This document shows positions 49,206 to 58,459 of a stretch of 64,000 bases of DNA, piece after piece; the first letter of the stretch is position 1; each line of letters starts with the position of its first letter. The stretch comes from Candidatus Nomurabacteria bacterium (lineage in GTDB: Bacteria; Patescibacteriota; Minisyncoccia; Phycocordibacterales; UBA9973), in assembly GCA_026395955.1 (NCBI GenBank), contig JAPLXR010000008.1, forward strand, positions 5,179-69,178, read 5' to 3'. The position numbers were made by a program, and so were the translations under genes. Under the pieces are notes generated by a model. The model saw only the letters and a program-made list of their open reading frames with translations, was not told the origin of the DNA and ran no database searches.

Positions 49206-50960
49206 TTATTCTAAAATCGCTTTTATACGGCGGATACCTTGTGCTACAGCTTCTTCTTTTTGGATTTTGAAGTGACCAAGTTCAGATGTATTTGAAACGT
49301 GAGGCCCACCACAAAATTCCGCACTAAAAGCGCGTCCTGAGCTTGTCGAAGGATTTTCTTCGCCTATAAAATAAACAGATACAGTTTCAGGATACTTTGC
49401 TCCGAATTCCATTTGAGCACCTATTTTTTCAGCTTCAGCAAGCGGCATCTCACGACGGACGACATTTAAATTAGCTTTTATTTTTTCATTTACTAAATCT
49501 TCTACTTTTTTCTTCTCTTCATCTGTAAGTTTGTGATCACATACGAAATCGATACGTAAACGCTCTTCAGTAATATTACTTCCGCGTTGTTTTATATCTT
49601 TACTTACTACTTCTTGTAACGCTGCGAGTAATAAATGGTGTGCGGTATGAAGTCTGACAGTTTTTTCATTATGATTTGCGAGTCCGCCCTTAAACATCCC
49701 AGCAGATGCAGTTCTAGAAAGTTCTTGATGTTCTTTCATTTTTTTATGAAAATCTTCCAAATCTACCTTTATATTTTTTTCATCAGCTAATTCTAAGGTT
49801 AATTCTATCGGAAAACCATAAGTAGTAGCTAAAATAAAAGCATCTACACCTTTTTCAAATTCTTTTTTACCTTCATGAATTGTTTTAGAAAATTTATTTT
49901 CTTCTTCTTTCCAAATATTTTTTACAAATTCACTATTTAAATTTTCGTAAGTTCCTACGTATTTATCTACAAAAATATCTATAATTCTCTCAGCTAAATG
50001 TGAATCAAATTCCAAAACACTCATTTTAAAAACTGCTCGACGTATGAGACGACGAAGAACATAACCTTGATCTTTATTACTAGGAATAACTCCATCAGAA
50101 ATAAGGAAACTTGAAGTACGAATATGGTCTGTAACTACGCGTGCTAATTTTTCAGAATAATTCTTAGCATTATCTTTTATTAAATTCATTACATCTGAAA
50201 GTATATCTGTATCGTATGCAGTTTTTTTATCTTGCATAACAGCAGTAATTCTCTCGAGTCCAGCACCTGTGTCTACATTCTTTTGTTTCAATTTACCGAT
50301 AACTTTTCCATCTTTCTTTTCGTATTCCATGAAAACATCATTCCAAATTTCAATGACTGTTTCTTTTTTAGTTGCATCGAGAAAACCTTCGTGAATAAGG
50401 TCACCTACAGTTCCATCCATATCATAAAACATTTCACTACAAGGGCCACAAGGTCCATTGTCGCCAGGACTCCACCAGTTATCTTCTGCAGGTAATGCAT
50501 AAATTCTATTTTCTGGAATTCCTAGACTCATCCAAATATCTTTTGATTCTTGATCATAAGGTGCATTATCATCACCTTCGAAAATAGTCACATACAGACG
50601 TGATACATCGAGGCCGAGACCTTCTTCTTTACTAGTTAAGAATTCATAAGACCATGAGATTGCTTCCTTTTTAAAATAGTCTCCGAGTGACCAATTCCCC
50701 ATCATTTCAAAAAAAGAAAAATGGCGATTGTCTCCGATATCATCGAGGTCTCCTGTACGGACGCATTTTTGTACGTCAGCGATTCTTTTACCCATTGGAT
50801 GTTCTTGGCCAAGGAGATATGGTACTAGAGGTTGCATTCCGGCAGTATTAAAAAGCACAGAAGGGTCATTTTCTGGAACGAGTGATGCAGAAGGGATTAT
50901 TTTGTGCTCCCTAGCCTCAAAAAACTTTAAAAATCGTGTTCGTATTTCACTTGATTGCAT
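49206..50960 (-). CDS. alaS: alanyl-tRNA synthetase, short form lacking C-Ala domain
   Basis: AlaRS catalytic core (FNTAGMQP...). Editing-domain HxxxH (TAHHLL) and CGGPHV motifs. Ends at 584 aa. Confidence 0.85.
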   Translation of the reverse strand: MQSSEIRTRFLKFFEAREHKIIPSASLVPENDPSVLFNTAGMQPLVPYLLGQEHPMGKRIADVQKCVRTGDLDDIGDNRHFSFFEMMGNWSLGDYFKKEAISWSYEFLTSKEEGLGLDVSRLYVTIFEGDDNAPYDQESKDIWMSLGIPENRIYALPAEDNWWSPGDNGPCGPCSEMFYDMDGTVGDLIHEGFLDATKKETVIEIWNDVFMEYEKKDGKVIGKLKQKNVDTGAGLERITAVMQDKKTAYDTDILSDVMNLIKDNAKNYSEKLARVVTDHIRTSSFLISDGVIPSNKDQGYVLRRLIRRAVFKMSVLEFDSHLAERIIDIFVDKYVGTYENLNSEFVKNIWKEEENKFSKTIHEGKKEFEKGVDAFILATTYGFPIELTLELADEKNIKVDLEDFHKKMKEHQELSRTASAGMFKGGLANHNEKTVRLHTAHHLLLAALQEVVSKDIKQRGSNITEERLRIDFVCDHKLTDEEKKKVEDLVNEKIKANLNVVRREMPLAEAEKIGAQMEFGAKYPETVSVYFIGEENPSTSSGRAFSAEFCGGPHVSNTSELGHFKIQKEEAVAQGIRRIKAILE

Positions 50961-50998
50961 TCCTATATATTAGCAGAAAAGAGACGTTTTTACAAAAA

Positions 50999-51472
50999 TT
51001 ATTTACCGTCAAATTTATTTGAAATTCTATCGATTATCTTTTTCTCTAAAAACCAAAGTACAATAAAAATAAACAGTGCGAGTATTGTAGCTATAATAGC
51101 TAAATCATAAAGGCCAAAACCTACAGCAATACCTATACTAGCAGCAACCCAAAGGCCTGACGCAGATGTAATACCTATAATACGAGACTCTTGATGAAGA
51201 ATAACTCCAGCACCTAAAAATCCCATACCAGTGATAACAGCTGCAGCTATTTGAAAAGGATTAATACTAATATTTGAAAACGGTAAGTATTTTAAAACCA
51301 TTAATTCAGAAATAATTATTAAGAGAGCTGAACCCATAGCAACAAGTGCATAAGTACGCATACCTGCAGTCTTATGAGCAACGTATCTTTCAATACCTAT
51401 CACCATACCGAGAGTCATAGATAAAACTAGTTTAATAATAATATCACTATTTTGTGTAAAAAATTGAGTCAT
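50999..51472 (-). CDS. MgtC/SapB-family membrane protein
   Basis: LSMTLGMVIGIERYVAHKTAGMRTYALVAMGSAL signature. Confidence 0.8.
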   Translation of the reverse strand: MTQFFTQNSDIIIKLVLSMTLGMVIGIERYVAHKTAGMRTYALVAMGSALLIIISELMVLKYLPFSNISINPFQIAAAVITGMGFLGAGVILHQESRIIGITSASGLWVAASIGIAVGFGLYDLAIIATILALFIFIVLWFLEKKIIDRISNKFDGK

Positions 51473-51488
51473 GCTACTATTATAGTAT

Positions 51489-52211
51489 ATGGAAAATAAA
51501 ACACAAAGTTTAACTAGCTTCGGTTTAATATTAGGTCTCTCTATTATTATAAGTTTCGGTTTAGGGTCTTATACTTTTTACAAACTTCGTACAGGAGACA
51601 CTATTTCTGTAACAGGCTCTGCTATGAAAGAAGTAACTTCCGATAAAGTAAAATGGACTTCTAGTATTACACGTACAGCTAAAGCAAGTACTATAAAAGA
51701 CGGGTACACAGCTATGGATGCTGACCTAACTGCAGTAAAAGATTTTTTGAAAACAAATGGAATAAATGACACAGATATAGTTATCTCTCCTATTTTTATG
51801 AATGAAATATATGATCAAAACGCTCAAGCAGAAAAGAATTATAATTTAGTTCAAAATATTGAAGTTCAATCTAGTGATATACAAAAAATCACAGACCTTT
51901 CAAAAAATACAACACTCGTAACAACAAAAGGAATTTTATTTTCTACAAATTCTCTAGAATATTATTATTCTAAATTAGCTGATATGCGAGTATCACTCTT
52001 ACCTGAAGCTATCGCTGATGCAAAAGCTCGTGCTGAAAGTATCGCCACTGCTGGAGGAAATAAAATCGGAGCTATAAAATCTGCATCATCTGGTGTAGTT
52101 CAAGTTCTCTCTGCAAACTCTGTTGAAGTTTCAGACTATGGCTCATATGATACTTCAAAAATACAAAAAGATATCATGGTAACAGTCAAAGCCAGCTTCG
52201 CTATAAATTAA
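51489..52211 (+). CDS. SIMPL (DUF541) domain protein
   Basis: N-terminal TM. ISVTGSA...V-x-D pattern typical of SIMPL/26-kDa periplasmic immunogenic protein. Confidence 0.7.
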   Translation: MENKTQSLTSFGLILGLSIIISFGLGSYTFYKLRTGDTISVTGSAMKEVTSDKVKWTSSITRTAKASTIKDGYTAMDADLTAVKDFLKTNGINDTDIVISPIFMNEIYDQNAQAEKNYNLVQNIEVQSSDIQKITDLSKNTTLVTTKGILFSTNSLEYYYSKLADMRVSLLPEAIADAKARAESIATAGGNKIGAIKSASSGVVQVLSANSVEVSDYGSYDTSKIQKDIMVTVKASFAIN

Positions 52212-52225
52212 ATATTAATTAAAAA

Positions 52226-52256
52226 ATCCCGACTTAATTGTCGGGATTTTTGTTTT
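52226..52256. terminator. bidirectional terminator
   Basis: atcccgac-ttaatt-gtcgggat plus T4 G T4. Confidence 0.6.
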
Positions 52257-52258
52257 AA

Positions 52259-54091
52259 TTAATTTTTAAAAACTTTCGATTCTAAAACATATTTAACTGC
52301 TCGGTCATCTTTCCAGAAAAAACAAACATATCTATTGTCTATAATTTCTGGGCTAAGGCTAATTTCAATTTCAATACTAGAAAATTTACCATTCTTTTTT
52401 ATAAAAATATCCCATGGTATCCATCCTTTTTTAGGACTTCTAAAACCAAGAAAATTTTTCCAACCAGGAAAATCCGAATAAAATATTTCTGGGTTTTTAG
52501 GTAACTTACTGTCTCTTTTTTCTAAACGAAAATTTCTAATACGTTCATAATCAGAAGAACTTAATATACCTAACTTTTTACAAGCAACGCTTGCATCTTG
52601 CCAAGTTTGATACTTAGTTCCAAGAAAAACTTTCCAACCTGGAAAATCTGTATAAATCATTTGCGGATTTGAATGTAATTGTAAGCTGATTCTTCGATAA
52701 CATTTTTTGTATTCTTCCTGTGAACGAATACTGGCTAGCATAATAACGCTACTCGCCTCTTGCCAAGTCTCATAGTAACCTTCTTTTAATGCTTTGATTA
52801 AATCAAGTACATCTACCAAATCATCAGTAAGCCTGAAATCAAAACCTTTTCCAGAAACGTTAAGTTTATCTCTAAAAATTGGCTGATTACCTAACTTTTC
52901 TAATGTTTGAGAGAATTGAACAACTTTATCCATAAGATTTCTTACAAAAATTAAACGCTCTACGTTCGCAACAAAATCTAAATAAATAGCCTTTCTTTTA
53001 GAATCTAATTTTCGTAAAGGTCTCCCTAACTGTTGTAGAAATACCGTTAAAGAATCTGTTGCACGTAAGAATACAGCAATCTCGGCACTAGGTACATCAA
53101 TATCTTCGTTCAATTTATTTATTGAAACTAAAAATTGTACCTTATTTGCACGGAAATTTTCCATCACCTTTCTATTATGAGATTTACCCATTTTAGAATG
53201 AATAACTTCAACATTTTTCCCTTTTTCTTTTAACTTATCAAAAACTCTTTCTGCGTGAATTATATTTTCACAAAAAATAAGTGTTTGACGTGGCTCATCA
53301 TTTTCAGGAAAAGCATATTTAAAAATTTCTTCAAATACACTTTCATCCAATGAATCAATAAAGATAGTTTCATTTAATTGTTTAATTGAAATCCTTTTAC
53401 CTTCTTCTAAAACTTCTTTGCAAATTTGTTTTAATTTTTGAGTAGAGAGTCCATGAGAACAAATATGATATTCAATATCTGCAATCATATTTTTTGCAAT
53501 TGCTTCTTCGAGAGTAATTTCATAAATCACTTTATCAAAAATATCTAGAATATTTTTACCATCCATTCTTTCTGGAGTGGCAGTCATTCCTATCTTTGAA
53601 CAAATAAAATAATCAATCACTTCTTTGTAAGTCACAGCTTGTCCACCATGAGCTTCATTTACGATAATAAAATCAAAATGTTCTTGATTGAACATTAAAT
53701 ACCATTTTTCATACTGATTATTTAAAGATTGAAATGAAGCAAAAACCATATCGGCTTCTGTTACAAAATCGTCCTTACCATAACCAAAAAAATTAGCACT
53801 TCTAACTTTATTTTCTCCTAAAATCAACTCAAATCTCTTTCGTGCCTGATCAACTCCTTCATTTTCATCGTATAAATATAATCCTTTCATTTTATGAATA
53901 AGAATACAATTACGAGCAACAAAAGAAGCTTCAACACTTTTCCCTGTAGCTGTAGGTTGAACTACAAGCCCATTTTCACCATTAAGTATAGTTTCAGTCA
54001 TTATTTTTATGATTGGAACTTGATAATCAAAAGGTAAAAAGGGCGGAGGTAAAATCTCTCCTGCATAAATATTCTTTTTAGTTTTCAACAT
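52259..54091 (-). CDS. SF2 DEAD/DEAH-like helicase (ResIII-type) with two tandem C-terminal ~55-aa repeats
   Basis: Motif I QPTATGKS, II NEAH, III MTATP, VI QQLGRPLR. Repeats TWQ(E/D)AS...Y...(LP/SNP)...Y(T/S)DFPGWK(V/N)FLG, twice. Confidence 0.8.
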   Translation of the reverse strand: MLKTKKNIYAGEILPPPFLPFDYQVPIIKIMTETILNGENGLVVQPTATGKSVEASFVARNCILIHKMKGLYLYDENEGVDQARKRFELILGENKVRSANFFGYGKDDFVTEADMVFASFQSLNNQYEKWYLMFNQEHFDFIIVNEAHGGQAVTYKEVIDYFICSKIGMTATPERMDGKNILDIFDKVIYEITLEEAIAKNMIADIEYHICSHGLSTQKLKQICKEVLEEGKRISIKQLNETIFIDSLDESVFEEIFKYAFPENDEPRQTLIFCENIIHAERVFDKLKEKGKNVEVIHSKMGKSHNRKVMENFRANKVQFLVSINKLNEDIDVPSAEIAVFLRATDSLTVFLQQLGRPLRKLDSKRKAIYLDFVANVERLIFVRNLMDKVVQFSQTLEKLGNQPIFRDKLNVSGKGFDFRLTDDLVDVLDLIKALKEGYYETWQEASSVIMLASIRSQEEYKKCYRRISLQLHSNPQMIYTDFPGWKVFLGTKYQTWQDASVACKKLGILSSSDYERIRNFRLEKRDSKLPKNPEIFYSDFPGWKNFLGFRSPKKGWIPWDIFIKKNGKFSSIEIEISLSPEIIDNRYVCFFWKDDRAVKYVLESKVFKN

Positions 54092-54201
54092 TTCTTAATT
54101 TTTAAAGGTTCATATTTATATTTAAATTCAAAAATATATTAACATATTAAATATGCTTTTGTCAACATAAAATACAGTTCTTTTTATAACTATAGATAAT
54201 T

Positions 54202-54732
54202 CTATTTATTATAATTCTCTAAAACCAAATCTATATTTGAGCCTTTGATCATTGCTCCGAGATGTGGTAATAATTTCTTTTTATAAGATTCAAATAGTTC
54301 TTTATCTTTCTGTGTCATTGCACTATTTTTTTGCATTTCAACTTCAAAAATATTGCCGACATTTTTAACTTTATCAATATAAAAAACAGTATTATCTTTC
54401 CTCCATATTTCCCTCTTCTTTTCTACTATTGCTCGTACTCCAAAAACTTTAATTAGAAATGGTAACAGTTCTGCATCTTTTACTTTATAAACTTCTATCT
54501 TTGCTAATGTATTTTTACCTTTTACAAAATTTGGTCGTTCATAATAAATAAGTTCTTTGTCTTGTACACGAAGTTTTAATCTAGGAAATACTCTAGTCTT
54601 ATCTATAGGTAAATTAAAAAAATAATCTTTCTGATTCTTAATAATTTCCTTTTTAGCTCCAATTTCTTTTAATACACTTCGTATTTTATTGAAATCATTA
54701 CAAAAATATTTTAATTCTAAATTTTGTTTCAT
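54202..54732 (-). CDS. CYTH-domain protein (class IV adenylyl cyclase / triphosphatase-like)
   Basis: LELKYF (ExExK-like). RLKLRV. C-terminal FEVEMQ. Overall pattern matches CyaB/ThTPase. Confidence 0.6.
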   Translation of the reverse strand: MKQNLELKYFCNDFNKIRSVLKEIGAKKEIIKNQKDYFFNLPIDKTRVFPRLKLRVQDKELIYYERPNFVKGKNTLAKIEVYKVKDAELLPFLIKVFGVRAIVEKKREIWRKDNTVFYIDKVKNVGNIFEVEMQKNSAMTQKDKELFESYKKKLLPHLGAMIKGSNIDLVLENYNK

Positions 54733-55158
54733 TTATGAAAATTTTATTATTATTATTGACCCAGCGAATACTAAAAGTCCACCAAGTAGAAAATAAATAT
54801 TTGGCGTTGATTTAAAAAATAAATATGTAAATAAAACTACAAAAAATGGATATGCTATCTCTATAATTGAAGCATCAGCTGAACCCATAATCTTTATAGC
54901 TGAAAAAATACAAAAACTCGCTATTCCTGCCAATATAACTGAAAGTATCATTAAAGCTAAGTTTATTTTACCTGATTGTAATATAGGTTTTATAGAATGA
55001 CTAAAAAATAAAAACGGTAACATTAGTAGTGCTGTTAATATTGAATCAAAAAAAAGTAATGCTATCGGTGAAGCATTCTTTAAAATTTTTTGATCAAGAG
55101 TATATACAAGTCCCCACATGATCGCCGCACCTATTGCATATATAAATCCTGTATTCAT
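54733..55158 (-). CDS. small EamA-like (single-domain DMT) membrane protein
   Basis: 141 aa, 4 TM. Confidence 0.5.
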   Translation of the reverse strand: MNTGFIYAIGAAIMWGLVYTLDQKILKNASPIALLFFDSILTALLMLPFLFFSHSIKPILQSGKINLALMILSVILAGIASFCIFSAIKIMGSADASIIEIAYPFFVVLFTYLFFKSTPNIYFLLGGLLVFAGSIIIIKFS

Positions 55159-55210
55159 AAATATATTATACCAGACAAATAAAAAATCCCGAATTACTTC
55201 GGGATTTTAA

Positions 55211-55543
55211 CTATGTATTCATTTTATGAACAATAATTTTTTTCTTCTGTTTAGCGCCAATTGCTTCTAACTCCTTTTTTATTTTAGGAAGTTCTTTTTT
55301 TAATCCCTCAGCACTAATTATTTTTTTAAACTTACCTTGTGCCCATTCTTTATGAAATTTTTCTGTAATAATACGAGCTTTTTCTGTAGCTTCTTTAGGA
55401 GAAAGAGAATCTCGTACAATTAGAGCACCTATTCTAACTCCTTGAGAAAATCCAAGTTGTCGATCTGAGTGATTTACAAAAGGTTCTAAACCAGCCATTT
55501 CCTGAGACATTAAAAATATCTCTAAATCAGTCATTTTTTTCAT
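55211..55543 (-). CDS. hypothetical protein
   Basis: 110-aa basic helical ORF. Confidence 0.4.
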   Translation of the reverse strand: MKKMTDLEIFLMSQEMAGLEPFVNHSDRQLGFSQGVRIGALIVRDSLSPKEATEKARIITEKFHKEWAQGKFKKIISAEGLKKELPKIKKELEAIGAKQKKKIIVHKMNT

Positions 55544-55611
55544 TTTTATAGTATTAATTTACAAAGTTATATTTAATTACAGATTATAACTTTTTAGTAT
55601 ATTTGTCAAAA

Positions 55612-56070
55612 TTACTGTTTATGAAATTCGTAAGACAAATCATTGTATTCTTTTGTATCATAAAGCTTTACTCCATCATCATGCCATAAAGCAAAATATT
55701 TTATTCCATTATCGAGGGCAAGGCGACTACACACAGTACAATAAGGTTCACCTGATTTTAAAATATTACCTTCTTCATCAACCCTCGTAAAATATAAAGT
55801 ACTACCTGTTATATCTTTTATATTTTTAATAGCATCAATGATAGATCTCCACTCAGCATGCAAACAACAAGTCCTATCAGATTTTGGTTTTTTAGAATCA
55901 ATTAGATCAAGACTGCATTTTCTTTGACTTAAATCATTATTTACAGGAGCATTGAAACCTCTTCCAATTATTTTACTATCTAAAACTATAATTGAACCAC
56001 ATTTAGCTCGTAGACATAATGCTTTTTCTGCTTCTATTCCTGCTTCTTTAAAATAATCTTCGTGATTCAT
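55612..56070 (-). CDS. dCMP/cytidine deaminase (ComEB-type zinc deaminase)
   Basis: HAE (CLHAEW) and PCxxC (PYCTVCS) zinc motifs. Confidence 0.8.
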   Translation of the reverse strand: MNHEDYFKEAGIEAEKALCLRAKCGSIIVLDSKIIGRGFNAPVNNDLSQRKCSLDLIDSKKPKSDRTCCLHAEWRSIIDAIKNIKDITGSTLYFTRVDEEGNILKSGEPYCTVCSRLALDNGIKYFALWHDDGVKLYDTKEYNDLSYEFHKQ

Positions 56071-56726
56071 TAGTTAAATTCTAAATATTTACCTTCAGTT
56101 ATAACTTCTACTTTTCCATCTATAACTTTAAGTGCAGATTGATCATCTACAACGTATATCTTTTCAGTCATTCCATTAACAGCTTCAATTATATTTTCTT
56201 CGCGTACTTTTTTAAAGTATGAATTATTCAGATGAGGTAAAAAATAAAAATCTACATAATTAAGTCCAGAAATATTTTCTGTTTCATCTAAATCTTCTTC
56301 ATAAACAACTTGTGAAAGTTTTAGGTTCAAATCTTTATTGGTCACCATACTACCAGCACTCACACCAACGTAAACTTTAGTTTTTAATAATTCTGGCAAC
56401 AACTCTTTTAATCCAGATTTATTTATCCATTTCATTAAATGATAGGTACTTCCACCTTCAAAAAATAAAATATCAGATTCTTCAAGTTTAGATCGCCATA
56501 TTTTTTCTTCAACAGCAGATATATCCGCAATATCAATTTGTTTGAAATTTAGATTTTTAAGATTTACTAAATCATTTATATACCATTCTTTATCTCCTTT
56601 TTCTAAGTTTGATGCTGTAGGTATAACAACAATAGAAGTATCTTCTGGTTTTTTACCAACCAAGTCAAAAAGGGCTTTTGTTATTGAATTATTTGTAATC
56701 CCAGCTGAAGTTAAAAGTATTTTCAT
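56070..56726 (-). CDS. peptidase S51 (dipeptidase E-like)
   Basis: GVSAGS nucleophile motif. Class I glutamine amidotransferase-like fold pattern. Confidence 0.75.
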   Translation of the reverse strand: MKILLTSAGITNNSITKALFDLVGKKPEDTSIVVIPTASNLEKGDKEWYINDLVNLKNLNFKQIDIADISAVEEKIWRSKLEESDILFFEGGSTYHLMKWINKSGLKELLPELLKTKVYVGVSAGSMVTNKDLNLKLSQVVYEEDLDETENISGLNYVDFYFLPHLNNSYFKKVREENIIEAVNGMTEKIYVVDDQSALKVIDGKVEVITEGKYLEFN

Positions 56727-56756
56727 ATCTATATAATATCAAAAATAAACTTAAAT

Positions 56757-58448
56757 CTAAAGTTCTTCTTGAGAAGGCAAAATACGCAAAGCTTTCCAGA
56801 ATTTTGATTTTAAAGTTTCTACGAATTCTTTTATTTCTTCATTTTTAAGCAAATACAGGACAATACCTCCGACAACTAATCCTACAAATCCTGATATTAA
56901 ACCTTGGAATAAAACCCCCCAGAATGTCGTCGTTCCAAAAAATGGTTCTATTATATACAAAGTTCCATATGCTGTCGCTCCGATAAAAAATGAAGCTCCG
57001 AGACTTTGAAAAAAAGATTTAAAAATAAAAGTTTCTCCTTCCATAAAGTCTTTTCGAACTGCAACCCAGTGTAAAACAAAATTCAAAATAGTTCCGAGTG
57101 AATATGCGAGTGGTAACATCAATATAGCTGTACCAGGTATATTTGAAACTTTAAACATTGATTCTATAAAATATCTAAATAAAGGATAATCATTGAAAAC
57201 ATGAATCAATACATATGCAAGTAAAATAATTAACATAGAACAAGCTACATTTATTATCAGAGGTTTTTTTGTTTCTCCTGTCGCATAATACGCACGGGAA
57301 AGAAGTGAAATCATACTTTGTGCAAAAATAGAAATTGAAAATAGAGCAAGTGATGCAGCAACGAGACGTGTACTATCCCAAGAAAAAGATCCGGAGCCCA
57401 ATATCACACGCACTATCTGAGCACGCAAAACTATAAATAAAAATGTAATAGGTAATGTCCAAAAAATAATTGCACGAGCAGAAATTCGTAAATGTTTTTT
57501 AAATTCACTTTTGTTTTCACTAGCATAAGCACGGGCAAGCAATGGAAATGCTGCCACAGCATAGGATAGACCGATTAGACCTTGAGGAATAGCTTGCAAA
57601 TTTGTCGCAAAGGTAAAAACAGAAATAGAACCTGCGGTCAAAAATGAAGCAAAGGAAACTATTACAATCAAAGCCATAGAATTTGCTGATAGTCCGAGTG
57701 TACGAGGAAGAGATGTATTCAAAACTTTTTTAATATTTGAATAGTCTATTTTTGAAGTTAATTTTGGTTTGAAGCCAAGCATAGCAGAAGCGATAGCTTG
57801 AATAAGAAAATGTAAAATTGCTCCGAGTACTACACCAAAAGCTAGACCTTTAATCCCCCATATTGGATAGAAGAATATTACTCCAGCTATGATTCCAAAA
57901 TTATAAAAAATAGGACTTAGAGAATATACGAAGAAACGATGAAATAATTGTGTAATAGTTCCAAAAAGATTTGAAAGACCGAGCAATATAGGAGAAAGTA
58001 ACATAATACGAGAAAGTATTACGACTTGGTATTGCATATCTGCATTAAATCCTCCCGCTGTAAGGTTCACTATATATGGAAGTAAAATAAAGATAATTAC
58101 AGATATAGCTACAATAGCTACTAAAAATACTGTAAAAATTTGTGAAATAAAATCACTAGCTTCTTTGTTGACTTCACTTTCATTTTCACCTACTTTCATT
58201 TTTTCTAAAATAAAAGGAACGATGACAGTAATAGAAACGAGAGAAGAAATAGAAACGAAAATAAAATCTGGAATTCTAAATGCTGCATAATACGCATCGA
58301 GAGCTGGTGATGGACCGATGAAGTGTGCTATAGATCTATCACGAAAAAGACCTAGGACTTGAGACAAGAGATTAAATAGGCCAAGCATAAGTGCTGCCTG
58401 ACCTAAATTTCCAAACTCTTTATTTATAATTCTTAAAATTTTATTCAT
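56757..58448 (-). CDS. murJ: lipid II flippase MurJ (MviN)
   Basis: 14-TM MOP-family pattern. N-terminal GLFRDRSIAHFIG...LDAYYAAFRIP. Confidence 0.85.
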   Translation of the reverse strand: MNKILRIINKEFGNLGQAALMLGLFNLLSQVLGLFRDRSIAHFIGPSPALDAYYAAFRIPDFIFVSISSLVSITVIVPFILEKMKVGENESEVNKEASDFISQIFTVFLVAIVAISVIIFILLPYIVNLTAGGFNADMQYQVVILSRIMLLSPILLGLSNLFGTITQLFHRFFVYSLSPIFYNFGIIAGVIFFYPIWGIKGLAFGVVLGAILHFLIQAIASAMLGFKPKLTSKIDYSNIKKVLNTSLPRTLGLSANSMALIVIVSFASFLTAGSISVFTFATNLQAIPQGLIGLSYAVAAFPLLARAYASENKSEFKKHLRISARAIIFWTLPITFLFIVLRAQIVRVILGSGSFSWDSTRLVAASLALFSISIFAQSMISLLSRAYYATGETKKPLIINVACSMLIILLAYVLIHVFNDYPLFRYFIESMFKVSNIPGTAILMLPLAYSLGTILNFVLHWVAVRKDFMEGETFIFKSFFQSLGASFFIGATAYGTLYIIEPFFGTTTFWGVLFQGLISGFVGLVVGGIVLYLLKNEEIKEFVETLKSKFWKALRILPSQEEL

Positions 58449-58459
58449 TAATTAATCTA

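Noticed and set aside
55612-56070. dCMP deaminase as a nucleotide-depletion anti-phage defence gene.
   Set aside because: It is a small standalone ComEB-type deaminase without the kinase or other accessory domains of the defence dCTP deaminases. It sits in a housekeeping operon (leuS-murJ-peptidase), so salvage metabolism is more likely.
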